From NCBI RefSeq assembly GCF_001194135.2, contig NC_068993.1, positions 59,950,596 to 59,997,211 on the forward strand: DNA of 46,616 bases, given 5' to 3'. The notes under the pieces are model-generated. The model was not told the DNA's origin, did not search any database, and saw nothing but the letters and a program-made list of their open reading frames with translations. Shown in pieces: positions 1 to 11,450 of this stretch; positions within the stretch are counted from its first letter, which is position 1, and each line of letters starts with the position of its first letter. The position numbers and the translations under genes are program-made. The stretch is from Octopus bimaculoides. Lineage: Eukaryota.

Positions 1-147
1 ATATTGTCCCCTTCAATTACCCCTAGGTATTTGTAGCTCTCCGCTAGTTCTAACTCTTTTATGACATTTTGCTGGTCAAGGTTCACATTAGATGTATTTG
101 TCATTTTTCCTTTGATAAAGATAGCTTTTGCACATTTATCAAGGCCA

Positions 148-148
148 A

Positions 149-204
<56 letters not shown>

Positions 205-241
205 CGTTGTTGTTGTCATTATCAGTAGTAGTAGTAGTAGT

Positions 242-274
<33 letters not shown>

Positions 275-323
275 AAGAAGAAGAAGAAGAAGAAGAAGAA
301 GAAGAAGAAGAAGAAGAAGAAGA
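148..323. repeat. Compound trinucleotide microsatellite (ATT)n-(AGT)n-(AAG)n
   Basis: Directly visible; produces the poly-I/poly-S/poly-K and poly-L/poly-R ORFs. Confidence 0.97.
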
Positions 324-476
324 CTGAAAAAGTGTCGTCTCTTAGACGCTCCATCAAACTGACAACTCAGCTGTGAGAATAATTGGAATATTATGCCAGA
401 GGTGGAGAAAGTGGAGCAGCCTGAGAAATGTGAATGGTCTACCAAGAAAGCGAGCAGCCATTATGAAAGCTGTAAA

Positions 477-516
477 ATGAACAATAATAATAACAATAAT
501 AATAATAGTAATAATA

Positions 517-586
<70 letters not shown>

Positions 587-594
587 CGATGACG

Positions 595-625
<31 letters not shown>

Positions 626-679
626 CGATGACGATGATGGTGATGATGACGATGATGATGATGATGATGATGGTGATAA
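477..679. repeat. (AAT)n-(GAT)n microsatellite
   Basis: Directly visible; source of the poly-N/poly-D and poly-H ORFs. Confidence 0.97.
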
Positions 680-962
680 ATAAGTAAAAAGAGAAAAAAG
701 ATTAGGAAATAAAAAAGAAAGAACAAATTAATTACGAATAAACGGGGCACGGATTGATAAGTGAAGAGCCTTCGGCACAATTCCGAAGTCTTGGATATTC
801 GAGACACTTCAGGTCAATAAAAAAAAAACAAAAAAGAAAGAAAAAAGAAACAGAGTCTCCTGATTATAAGATAGGATATGAACGGCGTTCATGTGAAGAA
901 GAGGAGAATCGATGCCACTGCGAAACGACGATTATGCATGTGCGTGTGTTTGTTAGTATACG

Positions 963-1010
<48 letters not shown>

Positions 1011-1037
1011 GTGTGTTGTGTGTGTGTGTGTTGTGTG
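963..1037. repeat. (TG)n microsatellite
   Basis: Directly visible. Confidence 0.95.
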
Positions 1038-1160
1038 TAGTGCGTATATGTATATATATACACACAAATATATCTATAAACATGTAACTGTGATGAAAGG
1101 GGCTGATGACAATGGTTCATTTGTGTATTATTAGAGNNNNNNNNNNGCGCGAACGTGGTC

Positions 1161-1197
<37 letters not shown>

Positions 1198-1532
1198 ACC
1201 CACCCTCTCAACCTGCACAGATTTTGTTCACACTTTTTGCATCGAAGGCACTCCAGTTATGACCACAACATGTTTTAGCGGTATGCCTAGGACTACGTTT
1301 TCCAATGGGGCCATTTATTATTTAGAACGATAAAATTCGGAATGAAGTACATTTCGTTGCTATTCTTAAATAGGTTAAGCGACCACATAAAGAAATATTT
1401 CTCACCTTATTTAATGTTATCAATGTTTTGTTTGCTTCGCTTTTATTGAGGATGATATAGTCGTGTTTTCGTGGGGGCGGGGTTCTAACTATAATAATCG
1501 CGACGGCCAAGTGATTTCTGCTGTGGTTCAGT

Positions 1533-1597
1533 GAGCTCAAAGTTCAAATGCCACCGAGGTCAATGCTACTTTACCTTCCCGGATCGATGGATTAAAG
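1533..1597 (+). mobile_element. SINE family C, degraded internal fragment
   Basis: agttcaaatgccaccgaggtcaat... matches the B-box region gagttcaaattccgccgaggtcgac of the copy at 12800. Confidence 0.55.
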
Positions 1598-2296
1598 CAT
1601 TGCGGTATTTCTTCCGGTTGTTTTCATTCTGAAAATAAGGGTAGCAATGTTAACCCTCCCTATATTTCAACACCACTACCTGGGTCTTTAGAAAATTTAA
1701 TTTTAATGCATTCATTTAAGCTAAGTCTCCGCTATAAAATTAACTTTGTCTTTCTATTCTTACTTACTCTGAAAAAATAATATATAGGATCGTGAATGCT
1801 ATCTCTCCTTCATTGGAATAACGGTACTTGAGGGTAGTTTCAGGTTACGGTTTCCAAAGGACAACGTCTTTCAATGAATTCTTCTTGATGTCTTGTTGCA
1901 CTTCAACTCCGTGTTAACTATCGTACAAGAAGGCATTTGGGGAAATATATCATTTTCAAATAAAATCTCTAGAAATTATCCATTTATGTTCCCCGCCCAA
2001 TATTCCCGGGAGGACCGTTGAAGTAGCTTCCTCGGGTACTTCCTCCATAGGGACCTCGCAGGAGCAACCGCCTTTAGACTTTGCCTTTCATGACAGACTA
2101 AGATTACGGATATTATCCAAGCATCTTATTTTTCGTCTTCCCTAAGACCTCCTGCACTTTGGCTCGATTTAAGAAATCTGTCTTGTGATTTTTTTAGCTG
2201 CAACATTCTAATCACGTGTCTATTGTATCAATACAAACGTAGATATTATTTTGTTTACAATGAACAAAATAATCTTGAAATAAACACAATACGCCA

Positions 2297-2343
2297 TATA
2301 AGCATACGTGTATAAGCATACATGTATAAGCATACATGTATAA
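2297..2343. repeat. 14-bp tandem repeat (TATAAGCATACATG), about 3.3 copies
   Basis: tataagcatacgtg tataagcatacatg tataagcatacatg tataa read directly. Confidence 0.85.
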
Positions 2344-2956
2344 CCCTACCCGCTGTGTTACACTTATCTCCTATGTTACTGTCGTACGTATCAGTCCTAT
2401 TTCCTTCCACGTCCCTTCCGGTTATTCTAGCTTCAGCCATTGTCAATGTTGATATAACAGCTTCCTGTTTACCGTTCTCTTATTTTTCTGTATAAGGGCA
2501 TTGCTGGTATTTTGCATGGTCAATGGTCAGTGATGGTCTTGCTCGAGAACGATTCCTTCCACAGAAGAATACAGGAAAACGTGTACGATTACCTGAATGC
2601 ATAACTCGACTTTGATTGGGTCAATGCAGGAGAATGGCCAGCAGGAAGGCTGTCTTGTCCACACGTTCACACGAACCCGTACACAAACACACGCATTCTC
2701 CGAAACACACATACAGGCACAGACCGAAATTACGAGCACGCATACCAGTTCTGTGTATGGCTGGGAAGTAGAAAGGAACACGGTTAAATATTTGGAGTGA
2801 AAGACGGTGAATGGGAAGAGAGGAAAAGAAAGGTATAACCCTATCCAAAACTGGTATGTGTATCTTGTGCATGTGTGCACAGGTCTATCGCAGAACTAGC
2901 CATTTTGCAAGTTGAGTGAACAGAAACAATACGTATAGGAGAGATTAAAGACAGCA

Positions 2957-3036
2957 CGATTAACTTGATGGGTACTTCTCTTTGTCAATTCCGAGATGGA
3001 TGAAAGACAAAGTTAAACTCGGCGGAACTTTAACTC
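2957..3036 (-). mobile_element. SINE family C, degraded fragment
   Basis: ggtact...ggatgaaagacaaagttaaactcggcggaactttaactc aligns with the other minus-strand copies (ggatgaaaggcaaagtcgacctcggcggaatttgaactc). Confidence 0.7.
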
Positions 3037-3383
3037 ATATTGTAAAGAGTCATAAGAAACACAGCAAAGCATTTTCCCGACGCTCTAACCGTCTGGATTC
3101 GCTATTATTCTTTCTGAATACAAGGCCAGCATATTTGAGAGCTTTAGTCATACAATAGATCCCAGTATTAGGATAGCGTCGACACCTGGAATCGATGCTG
3201 TCTTCTAATCCACACCCGCTCAAAAGCACTGGGTTTGGATCTAAATAAGAGCCAGCGATTTTGACCGAGGGCAACAATACTGGACAATAGTTGAAATTGT
3301 AGAACGTATCGACCAAAGTAAAAACGTAATCCTTATCTTCTTGCTCAAGACAGAAATTGAAATATAGTAGAAAGAAATCACAG

Positions 3384-3384
3384 A

Positions 3385-3463
<79 letters not shown>
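3384..3463. repeat. (GA)n microsatellite
   Basis: Directly visible. Confidence 0.97.
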
Positions 3464-3467
<4 letters not shown>

Positions 3468-3637
3468 CGTGAAAGGGGTTTGGTAAAATTAGTTACCTGA
3501 AACCGTCCAAGTAAGGCATAATCCCACACAATCATGTTCAACCCCCACACAATTCCTTGTATTTCGAAGCGAGAGAAACGGAACTCAAAACGGTAAACTA
3601 GTTCCCGACAATGTATCACTTTCTTCAGACCCCTAAA

Positions 3638-3654
3638 TATACATATATACATAC

Positions 3655-3689
<35 letters not shown>

Positions 3690-3698
3690 TACATACAA

Positions 3699-3779
<81 letters not shown>

Positions 3780-3850
3780 TACATGTATATATATATTCGC
3801 ATGTGTATATATGTGCATGCGTGCACGTGTGTGTGTGTGTGTGTGTATGT
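3638..3850. repeat. Compound (TA)n/(GATA)n/(TG)n microsatellite
   Basis: Directly visible. Confidence 0.95.
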
Positions 3851-4379
3851 ATCCGTGTGAGTATGTCTGTGTGTTTCTGTATGTAATGGTTCCCGTGCTG
3901 TGTCGTCATTCTGGCTAATTGATTATCTTCATGTTTCCCGCCATTTCCAACCAGCAGCAGCAGCAGCAGCAACACTGCCGATGAATCTCTGTATGCATGT
4001 GTGTGTATAGGTGGGTCGGTATGGATGCGTGCGTGTGTGTCATGGTGATGTTTCTCTGTTGTTGGTCGTTCGAAGCTCATCAGTCAACGATGTCACTGGC
4101 TAGAGTTCATGCGGCGGATAATCCGCCATTTTTGCATCCCTGTATAGTATGGAGTCTGGGAGAGAAGTGTGAAGGGGCGTGTGTGTGTGTGTGTGTGTGT
4201 TAACGATGAACATAGGTGTTTATACACACGCACACACTCACACACACACACACACACACATATTATATACATACATATTCACAAATGTGTGTTAGTGTAT
4301 GCATGTATGCACATATATATATATGCACACATATGCATCAGTACGCGTTTGTTACTCGATGTGTATGCGTATGTGTAGC

Positions 4380-4410
<31 letters not shown>

Positions 4411-4939
4411 ATGCATTTATGCGTATGACTTAACATTTTGGTGGTATATAAATATGTTTTGCTGACAATGTGCCTTAATATACGCGTACATTAAGGCCTT
4501 TTCTTCGCCTCCCCCCCCCCAGTTTGTGAAGTTGGGAGGCGGAGGGGTATGTTTGCTATGATTTTTGTTGTTTTTTTTCTGTTTCTTTTTTGTTTTTGTT
4601 TTGTGTTTGTCATTTGTTTATTGAAGAAGTAGGTTATTGGGAACACCACTGCGCTACTTGAGCACTCCATCTTGTTCAATAAAGAAGAAAAAGTAGGGAA
4701 AAAAATGAACAAATACAATAAGAGAATAGAAGTGGTGAGGAGAGAAAAAGAGGGAAAATGGGAAAAAAGTTAAATTAACTGTAAAAGAGAGAGAGGGAGA
4801 AAGAGAGAAATAGATAGTTTGATGAGAGAGACATGTCTCTCTCTCTCTCTCTCTCTCTTTTCCCTCTCATTTTGTGCATGTATGAATGTGTGTATATGCG
4901 TAGATAAATAAGTAGATAGACATATATATATATACACAC

Positions 4940-4962
4940 ATGCATATGTATATACATATATT

Positions 4963-5000
<38 letters not shown>

Positions 5001-5230
5001 AACCTGTCTGTCTTCTATCAATATCTCTCTATATATATGCGTGTGCATGCGTGCGTGTGTGTGCGTGTGTGTGTGTCTGTGCGTATATAGAAAGAGGAGA
5101 AAGGGAGGCAGTGAGAGAGAGGGAGATACAAAAAGAAAGAGAGAAAGAAAGAAGGAAAGGGAGAGAGAGAGAGCAAGAAATGCTGATAGACAGACAAAGG
5201 AAATAGTGGGGGGTGGACAGGCAGCCAGCC

Positions 5231-5271
<41 letters not shown>

Positions 5272-5300
5272 TACAGACAGACAGACAGACAGACAGATAA
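4940..5300. repeat. Compound (TATC)n, (TG)n, (GA)-rich and (CAGA)n microsatellites
   Basis: Directly visible. Confidence 0.9.
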
Positions 5301-5576
5301 ACAATGAGAGTTAAAAAGATAAGGTGTGAGAATAGATGAGTTGTAATGACAGGGACGAGTGTCTGCGGATTAATTGAATAACAACGGATATCCGGAATAC
5401 AACATATGTGGAAAGAGATATCACCTTTTAACCTCGCTCCCTCCTTCTCTCCCTCCCCCCTCTCTCTCACTTTCTCTCTCTCTCTCTCTCTCTCACTTCT
5501 GCTCACACTTTAACTTCTACCTCTCCTTTTCTTCCCTATGCCAATGATTTATTTTGCCTCCTCCCTCCACACCACC

Positions 5577-5814
5577 CCTTCTTCTTCTTCTTCTTCTTCT
5601 TCTTCTTCTTCTTCTCCTTCTCTTTCTATCTCTCCGTCTATCTCTTCCTCTCACCTTCAATCTAACTCTTCCTTTTCCCCCTCTTTCTTTCTCAACCAAG
5701 GAAAACATTTGTGTAGGGATTTGTTATCCTGTTTCTATCAATCAATTCAACAATATCAGCATCTCTCTTTCTTACTCTCTCTCTCTCTTTCTCTCTTTCT
5801 CTCTCCCCAATCCT

Positions 5815-5889
<75 letters not shown>

Positions 5890-5928
5890 TGTGTGTGTGT
5901 GTGTGTATGTGTGTGTGTGTATGTGTGT
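5577..5928. repeat. (CTT)n, CT-rich, (TA)n and (TG)n microsatellites
   Basis: Directly visible. Confidence 0.9.
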
Positions 5929-6603
5929 CGTTCAATCAATAACTCAATCAGTCTAATGAACCAGTCATCTAATACAAACACACACACACAAAACCATACA
6001 CATTCTTTATTTCTATCATGTACGGAAGCATGTACGTTATGTACATGTGTGTATATATATATGTCATTGATATTTTACATTAATCTATGCTTATCCCGTA
6101 CTCCCTGCTACTGCTACTTCTGCTGCTGCTGCTTACTCGGTGACCTCCTCCTCCTCCTCCACCTTCCTTTCTGCTTCTCTTCCTTTTGGCTGCCATATAC
6201 CTTACTGCACTCTATTGCACTGCACATCACTGTTCCATGAAGTATGTACAACCCCCCACACACACCTGCACCATGCAATATTGCACTTCCCCTGCCTCTG
6301 TCAACACATCCATAACCGCAAGAATGGGACTCATCTCCCTCCCAGCTCCGACACAACCAAACCAAATCAACCCTCCCCACCTTTTTTTACCTCCATCCTC
6401 CTCCACTGGATAGCTTCAAGTATAAAGTTAAAAAATACAAGCCACTGTCCACAAACACTTAGTCCTGTCGTCCGTCTAACCACACCATCCTGCGCTGTCC
6501 CCGGCCCACACGACATCTTTTTCTATTTCCATCCCGCCTTCTCTACTTTTCGCTACAACGCAAAACTCTTTCTTTTTTTTCTATGTTTTTGTTAAGAGTT
6601 CTT

Positions 6604-6653
6604 CAGCTTAGCTTAGCTTAACTAAGCTTAACTTAGCTTAACTTAAACTTAGC
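6604..6653. repeat. Degenerate pentanucleotide (CTTAG/CTTAA)n array
   Basis: cagcttagcttagctttaactaagcttaacttagcttaacttaaacttagc read directly. Confidence 0.75.
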
Positions 6654-6880
6654 CGAGAAGAGGTCAGATGAGCTGAACTTAGCTTCGATGGAAAAGCTGA
6701 GATTAATGGACCTGAACTGAGTTTAACCTTCTATATCCTTGTTCCAGTTTCAACCTTACATGGAACCGCACCTGGAACATGCGATTCTATGACCACTTCA
6801 ACCACCATCACCACTCGCGACTCTAACACTGCCAACACAAGCAACTACAACCGTAATGTTCACCACATCCATATTCACCC

Positions 6881-6881
<1 letters not shown>

Positions 6882-6937
<56 letters not shown>

Positions 6938-6965
6938 TTACTACTACATCTACTACTACTACTAC
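6882..6965. repeat. (TAC)n microsatellite upstream of SINE A copy 1
   Basis: Directly visible. Confidence 0.95.
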
Positions 6966-7347
6966 TGTGGAGGCGCAATGGCCCAGTGGTTAGGGCAGCG
7001 GATTCGCGGTCGTAGGATCACGGTTTCGATTCCGAGACCGGGCGCTGAGAGTATTTATTGAGCGAAAACACCTAAAGCCCCACGAGGCTCAGGTAGGGGT
7101 GATGGCGAACCCTGCTGTACTCTTCCACCACAACTTTCTCTCACTCTTACTTCCTGTTTCTGTTGTGCCTGTAATTCAAAGGGTCAGCCTTGTCACACTG
7201 TGTCACGCTGAATCTCCCCGAGAACTACGGTAAGGGTACACGTGTCTGTGGAGTGCTCAGCCACTTGCACGTTAATTTCACGAGCAGGCTGTTCCGTTGA
7301 TCGGATCAGCTGGAACCCTTGTCGTTGTAACCGACGGAGTTCCGCGA
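6966..7347 (+). mobile_element. SINE family A, full-length tRNA-derived SINE (Octopus OR/OK-like)
   Basis: tRNA-like head with A-box TGGCCCAGTGG and B-box-like GGTTTCGATTCC. Colinear and highly similar to copies at 21458 and 44745. Flanked on both sides by (TAC)n. Confidence 0.9.
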
Positions 7348-7350
7348 CTT

Positions 7351-7377
7351 CTACTACTACTACTATTACTACTACTA

Positions 7378-7415
<38 letters not shown>

Positions 7416-7436
7416 TCTGCTACAACTACTACTACC
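7351..7436. repeat. (TAC)n/(TGC)n microsatellite downstream of SINE A copy 1
   Basis: Directly visible. Confidence 0.93.
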
Positions 7437-7714
7437 GATATCACCTATCATTCATCAACCATTAAATACCAGCAACAAACGCCACCACCATTACTAGCGC
7501 ATTAACACTTTGATGGTTATTATCAAACTTTGTTAACAAATTTCCTTTTGGCATTCCTACACATATTTACCCACCACTACCACCACCACCACTTTCATTA
7601 CAACTAGGAGCACGTGATTCTGAATGCGGTCACAGAAAAGTATATTTTTATTAGAAGACGGATAAAACTTTCCTGCTGATACCTTTTTTATTATTATCCC
7701 TCTAATCCAACCTA

Positions 7715-8130
7715 TTCTTTTCCTTGGACTGTACATCTTTTACTGGCTGTACATCCCCAGTCCTTGTTGTCCAGTTTTAAAGAGACAGCGCGTAAAGCTG
7801 TATGTATGGGTCTTTTCGCTCTTCTGATAATTCAGAATATTTATCTCGCCATATCTTCACTCAACCGTCAAACAGTAAGGTCGCTTAATGAATGGTAGCT
7901 AGCAAAGTCTTCCACGCTTGAACGTTTCAGGTTTCTCTTCTTCAAAGTGATGCTTAGCTCATGTTTAAAATGCTCCTTTTGTCATCCTTCCAGGTGCTTG
8001 AGTATAGCGTAATAAGACATGGAACTCGATGCCCACAGTCACGAATTAGGGCTTGTATAGTGCAAACCAATGCTGTTCGTGTTCAACAAAGTATTTCTGT
8101 AGTTGAAAACCACAATTCAACACATTTGTG
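7715..8130 (-). mobile_element. Decayed RTE-clade (BovB-like) LINE 3' fragment
   Basis: Minus-strand frames give, in the expected order, STTEILC, HRVP, YYAILKHLEG*QKEHFKHELSITLKKRNLKRSSVEDFAS, VKIWRDK and GMYSQ*KMYS. These resemble the RTE C-terminal motifs NTEVL / RLPK.LLYGEL / GGQKKRFKDTLK.SLK...SWE.LA / GLYSH. Several stops and frameshifts; similarity judged by eye. Confidence 0.55.
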
Positions 8131-8544
8131 CCTATATTCACCATAATGAACAATTTAAAATCAGCACTATCCTCACTCATTATTTATATCTTTCACCTCT
8201 CTTTCTCCCCCGCCCCCCTCTCTCTCTTTGAGGAAGGACCAAATGTTCTAGAAAACTGTTGAATTCACCTCTGCATTCCCCAAACTGCAGTTTATAATGG
8301 TCTGGTACTCTTGTTCGTTTCTCGTCCGTTCTATCTTGTTACTCGAAATCACTTCCCGGTGGATCACAAGTAGACGAAAAGTCACAAAAGTCACACAACC
8401 ATTATATATGCAAAAGTTGTTCTTTGTTTTTTTAAATGAAAGAAATAAAACCTGACAGATGTACACCTTTGAATGCATTGCTGTTTCTCCACAATACATT
8501 TCAGAAGATACGCAACTGTATCTTTGATAGATATTACTTCGTTA

Positions 8545-8810
8545 ATCACACACACATGCACACACACACACACACATGCACACACACACACATGCACACA
8601 CACACATGCACACGCACACACATGCACACACACATGTACGCACACTCACACACATACACACACACAAACATATATACATACTTACACACATAAAGGTGCA
8701 CATGTACATATGCATGTCCGATTCTGCCAGCCTGTTACTATTTTCTCTGTCGAATACACACACAGACACACACATGCACACACGCACACACACACACGCA
8801 CATATATATG
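8545..8810. repeat. Degenerate (CA)n/(CATG) microsatellite
   Basis: Directly visible. Confidence 0.9.
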
Positions 8811-9551
8811 AGTATTGTAGTTTGCTAGAAGCATTGCAATGTGTGTAAATGAGATAAATGATTGAAAAACCTTTGGGCAATGCAGGTGAGAAGTTAGGCT
8901 AAGTTATAATAAGTATTTTCAATGAATGAAAACGAAGAGAAAAGAAATTATATTAACTTACACAGGTTGTTTAAATATCTTATAATATTTCGAGAAAAGT
9001 TCCCCTTTTCAAGCAGAAGAAAGAAATGAATCAGAGTTCGAAGAAATGTTTTGTTATCGGTAGGCTATTCTTGTGAGATGTCAGTAGAAAATAGAATGGC
9101 TCGTCGATAACAACTGGAAGAGAAAGAGAGTTTAAGGATCGTTCGATGACCAATTCTTTGTTTTTTTGTTCTTATTGGTTTCGAGGTTTAAACCTACGTG
9201 AGCTCGGATGTACTATTACTGGGTATATATAAATGGTTTGCCAACTTAGTTCAAGAAACAACTTCACAGATCAACTGTATCAGTTATACTATGGTTTCAC
9301 ATAATTTGAGAAAAATATATTAGATTGTGACTGATATACAGGCATTTTAATTTTCTTTTCTTTTCAGTGAGAAAAATGAAAATTTTACAGTAAGGTATGG
9401 CTGAGGACGAGATTCTGTTCTGTTTCTGTATGCCGTCTGTTTTGTTCCAGTGAATAAAGCTACGATTTTGCTTTACTCGGTGAAGGTTCTGTTGCATTCG
9501 AAGTAGTTTAGTTTTTTGTAAATAAATGTTGGTTCTGCTGGATCTTTACTA

Positions 9552-9778
<227 letters not shown>

Positions 9779-10189
9779 AAAGGAGCTCACTTTTCAACTT
9801 TTGAAATTTCTGTTACTGTATATATTGTATATTTGAATGTATGTATGTATGTATGTATGTATGTATGTATTTCGTCCGTACGTCGTTTCTAACTCCTTGT
9901 TTACTGTCTCTCCATAATTTGTATTTGCCTTCGAATATCTTTTTTTTTTTATATAATTTCTGTTTGTAGTTTTCCATGTATTCGCTAATCGTTGGTTTGT
10001 CTTCTATACTTTAGCTGAAATTAACTCCACAATAGCCCTATCATTAAATAAAACTTATTGAAAAATGATGGATTGGTGAAACAACCTGACTTCACGTGAT
10101 ATCACCGAAAGAAAAGAACGGAAGAAAGAGCATAAAAACGGAACGTAAACAAATAAATGAACGACAGGAAAAATGGAGGTTCCCGCTGT

Positions 10190-10827
10190 GAACTCATGTA
10201 ACGCACACGCACGCACATACACAAACACATATACATGCACATAGATGTGCGTATACAGACATCCCAAAAATACATGTACTCCGAGAAACATACAAACTAA
10301 TTCCCACCTCAAAAATTAAACGCATACACACACACACACGCACACTTAGAAACATACATTCATATAAAACGCATACACATACAGAATAACAGCGACAATT
10401 ACACATGCAGACAAACAAATCACACACAGTTACATGCACTGAATCACACATACATGCAAAGAAATACATATATACACAGAAGCATACAGACTCACACGTA
10501 TAGACTTCCATGCTCAATCTCACACACATGCAGAAATACAGACACACTTTTGCATAAAATAAACATCCATGCACACTGAAATACACACACACACATATGC
10601 ATGCGCGCGTACGCACACACACTCATACGCACGCGCATACACATATGCACATTTAGAAATGCATATACAGACTCACGTAGGTTGAAACACATAGCTATAT
10701 TAACTCACATTCACAGATATACATATAAAATAAAGAAACTTGTATTACACACACTCACATACACACACACACACGCACACACACGAATACATTTAAGTAG
10801 ACACGTACATTCATACACTCAGAAACA

Positions 10828-10872
<45 letters not shown>

Positions 10873-10912
10873 ATCAAAACAGAAGCATGCGCACATACAC
10901 ATACACACTTGG
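10190..10912. repeat. Long decayed (CA)-rich low-complexity tract
   Basis: CA/CATA/CACG-rich degenerate repeat with a pure (CA)n core near 10830-10870. Confidence 0.8.
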
Positions 10913-10948
10913 CATTGATTAAACACTACAAATAAAATAACATAATTT

Positions 10949-11110
10949 GCAGAGGGGTGGCTGTGTGGTAAGAAATTTGCTTCTTAACCACATGGTCTCG
11001 GATTCAGTCCCACTGCGTACCACCTTGGACTAGTGTCTTCTACTATAACCCCGGGTCTACCAAAGCCTTGTGAGTTGATTTGGTAAAGGGGAACTGAACG
11101 AAACCTGTCA
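10949..11110 (+). mobile_element. SINE family B (CORE-SINE/OR2-like), 5' half
   Basis: tRNA-like head (ggtggctgtgtggtaag ... ggattcagtccc) followed by accttggactagtgtcttctactataaccccgggtctaccaaagcc; colinear with the next copy. Confidence 0.85.
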
Positions 11111-11122
11111 TTCATATATATA

Positions 11123-11450
11123 GGCGCAGGAGTGGCTGTGTGGTAAGTAGCTTGGTTACCATTCACATGGTTCCAGGTTCAATCCCTTTTGCGTGGCACC
11201 TTGGGCAATTGCCTTTTACTATAACCTCGGGCCGACCAAAGCCTAGTGAGTGGACTTGGTAGACGGAAACTGAAAAAAGTCCGTTGTATATATGGGTGTG
11301 TGTGTATTTGTGTGTGTGTTTGTGTCTGTGTTCGTCCCTCCACCATCACTTGACAACTTATATTGGTGTGTTCATGTCCCAGTTACCTAGCGGTTCAGCA
11401 AAAGAGATCGATAGAATAAGTACTAGGCTTACAAAGAATAAGTCCTGGGG
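11123..11450 (+). mobile_element. SINE family B (CORE-SINE/OR2-like), near full-length and 3'-truncated
   Basis: A-box TGGCTGTGTGG, B-box GGTTCAATCCC, CORE-like accttgggcaa, internal (TG)n, and 3' module gatagaataagtact...gtcctgggg. Confidence 0.88.

Noticed and set aside
768-812. AFGTIPKSWIFETLQ, reminiscent of R4-type ALGTIPK...IETLQ
   Set aside because: Only 15 residues with no flanking motifs; too short to support a second R4 fragment without a search.
3050-3826. 258-aa minus-strand ORF
   Set aside because: About half of it is (TA)n/(CT)n translation, and the unique parts match no family I recognise. Only the splice-bounded piece is kept, as a low-confidence finding.
6604-6653. Interstitial telomeric repeat
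   Set aside because: The unit is CTTAG/CTTAA, not TTAGGG or TTAGG.
6970-7040. tRNA-Arg-like sequence (also at 21462-21530)
   Set aside because: It is the head of a SINE: the acceptor stem is not closed, the B-box has an extra base, and it continues into the SINE body. Not a tRNA gene.
7780-7860. Minus-strand VKIWRDKYSELSEERKDPYIQLY, resembling HMG-box helix 3 (UBF-like)
   Set aside because: It is bounded by stops, has no usable splice sites, has no helix 1/2 upstream, and lies in the charged helical C-terminal part of the RTE-like remnant.
7994-8146. Plus-strand VIRHGTRCP, resembling the histidine-phosphatase RHGxRxP motif, just after a good acceptor (ccttccag)
   Set aside because: The surrounding residues do not continue the fold, no other exons were found, and the segment is better explained as the antisense of the RTE-like remnant. 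A tblastn against MINPP1/acid phosphatases would settle it.
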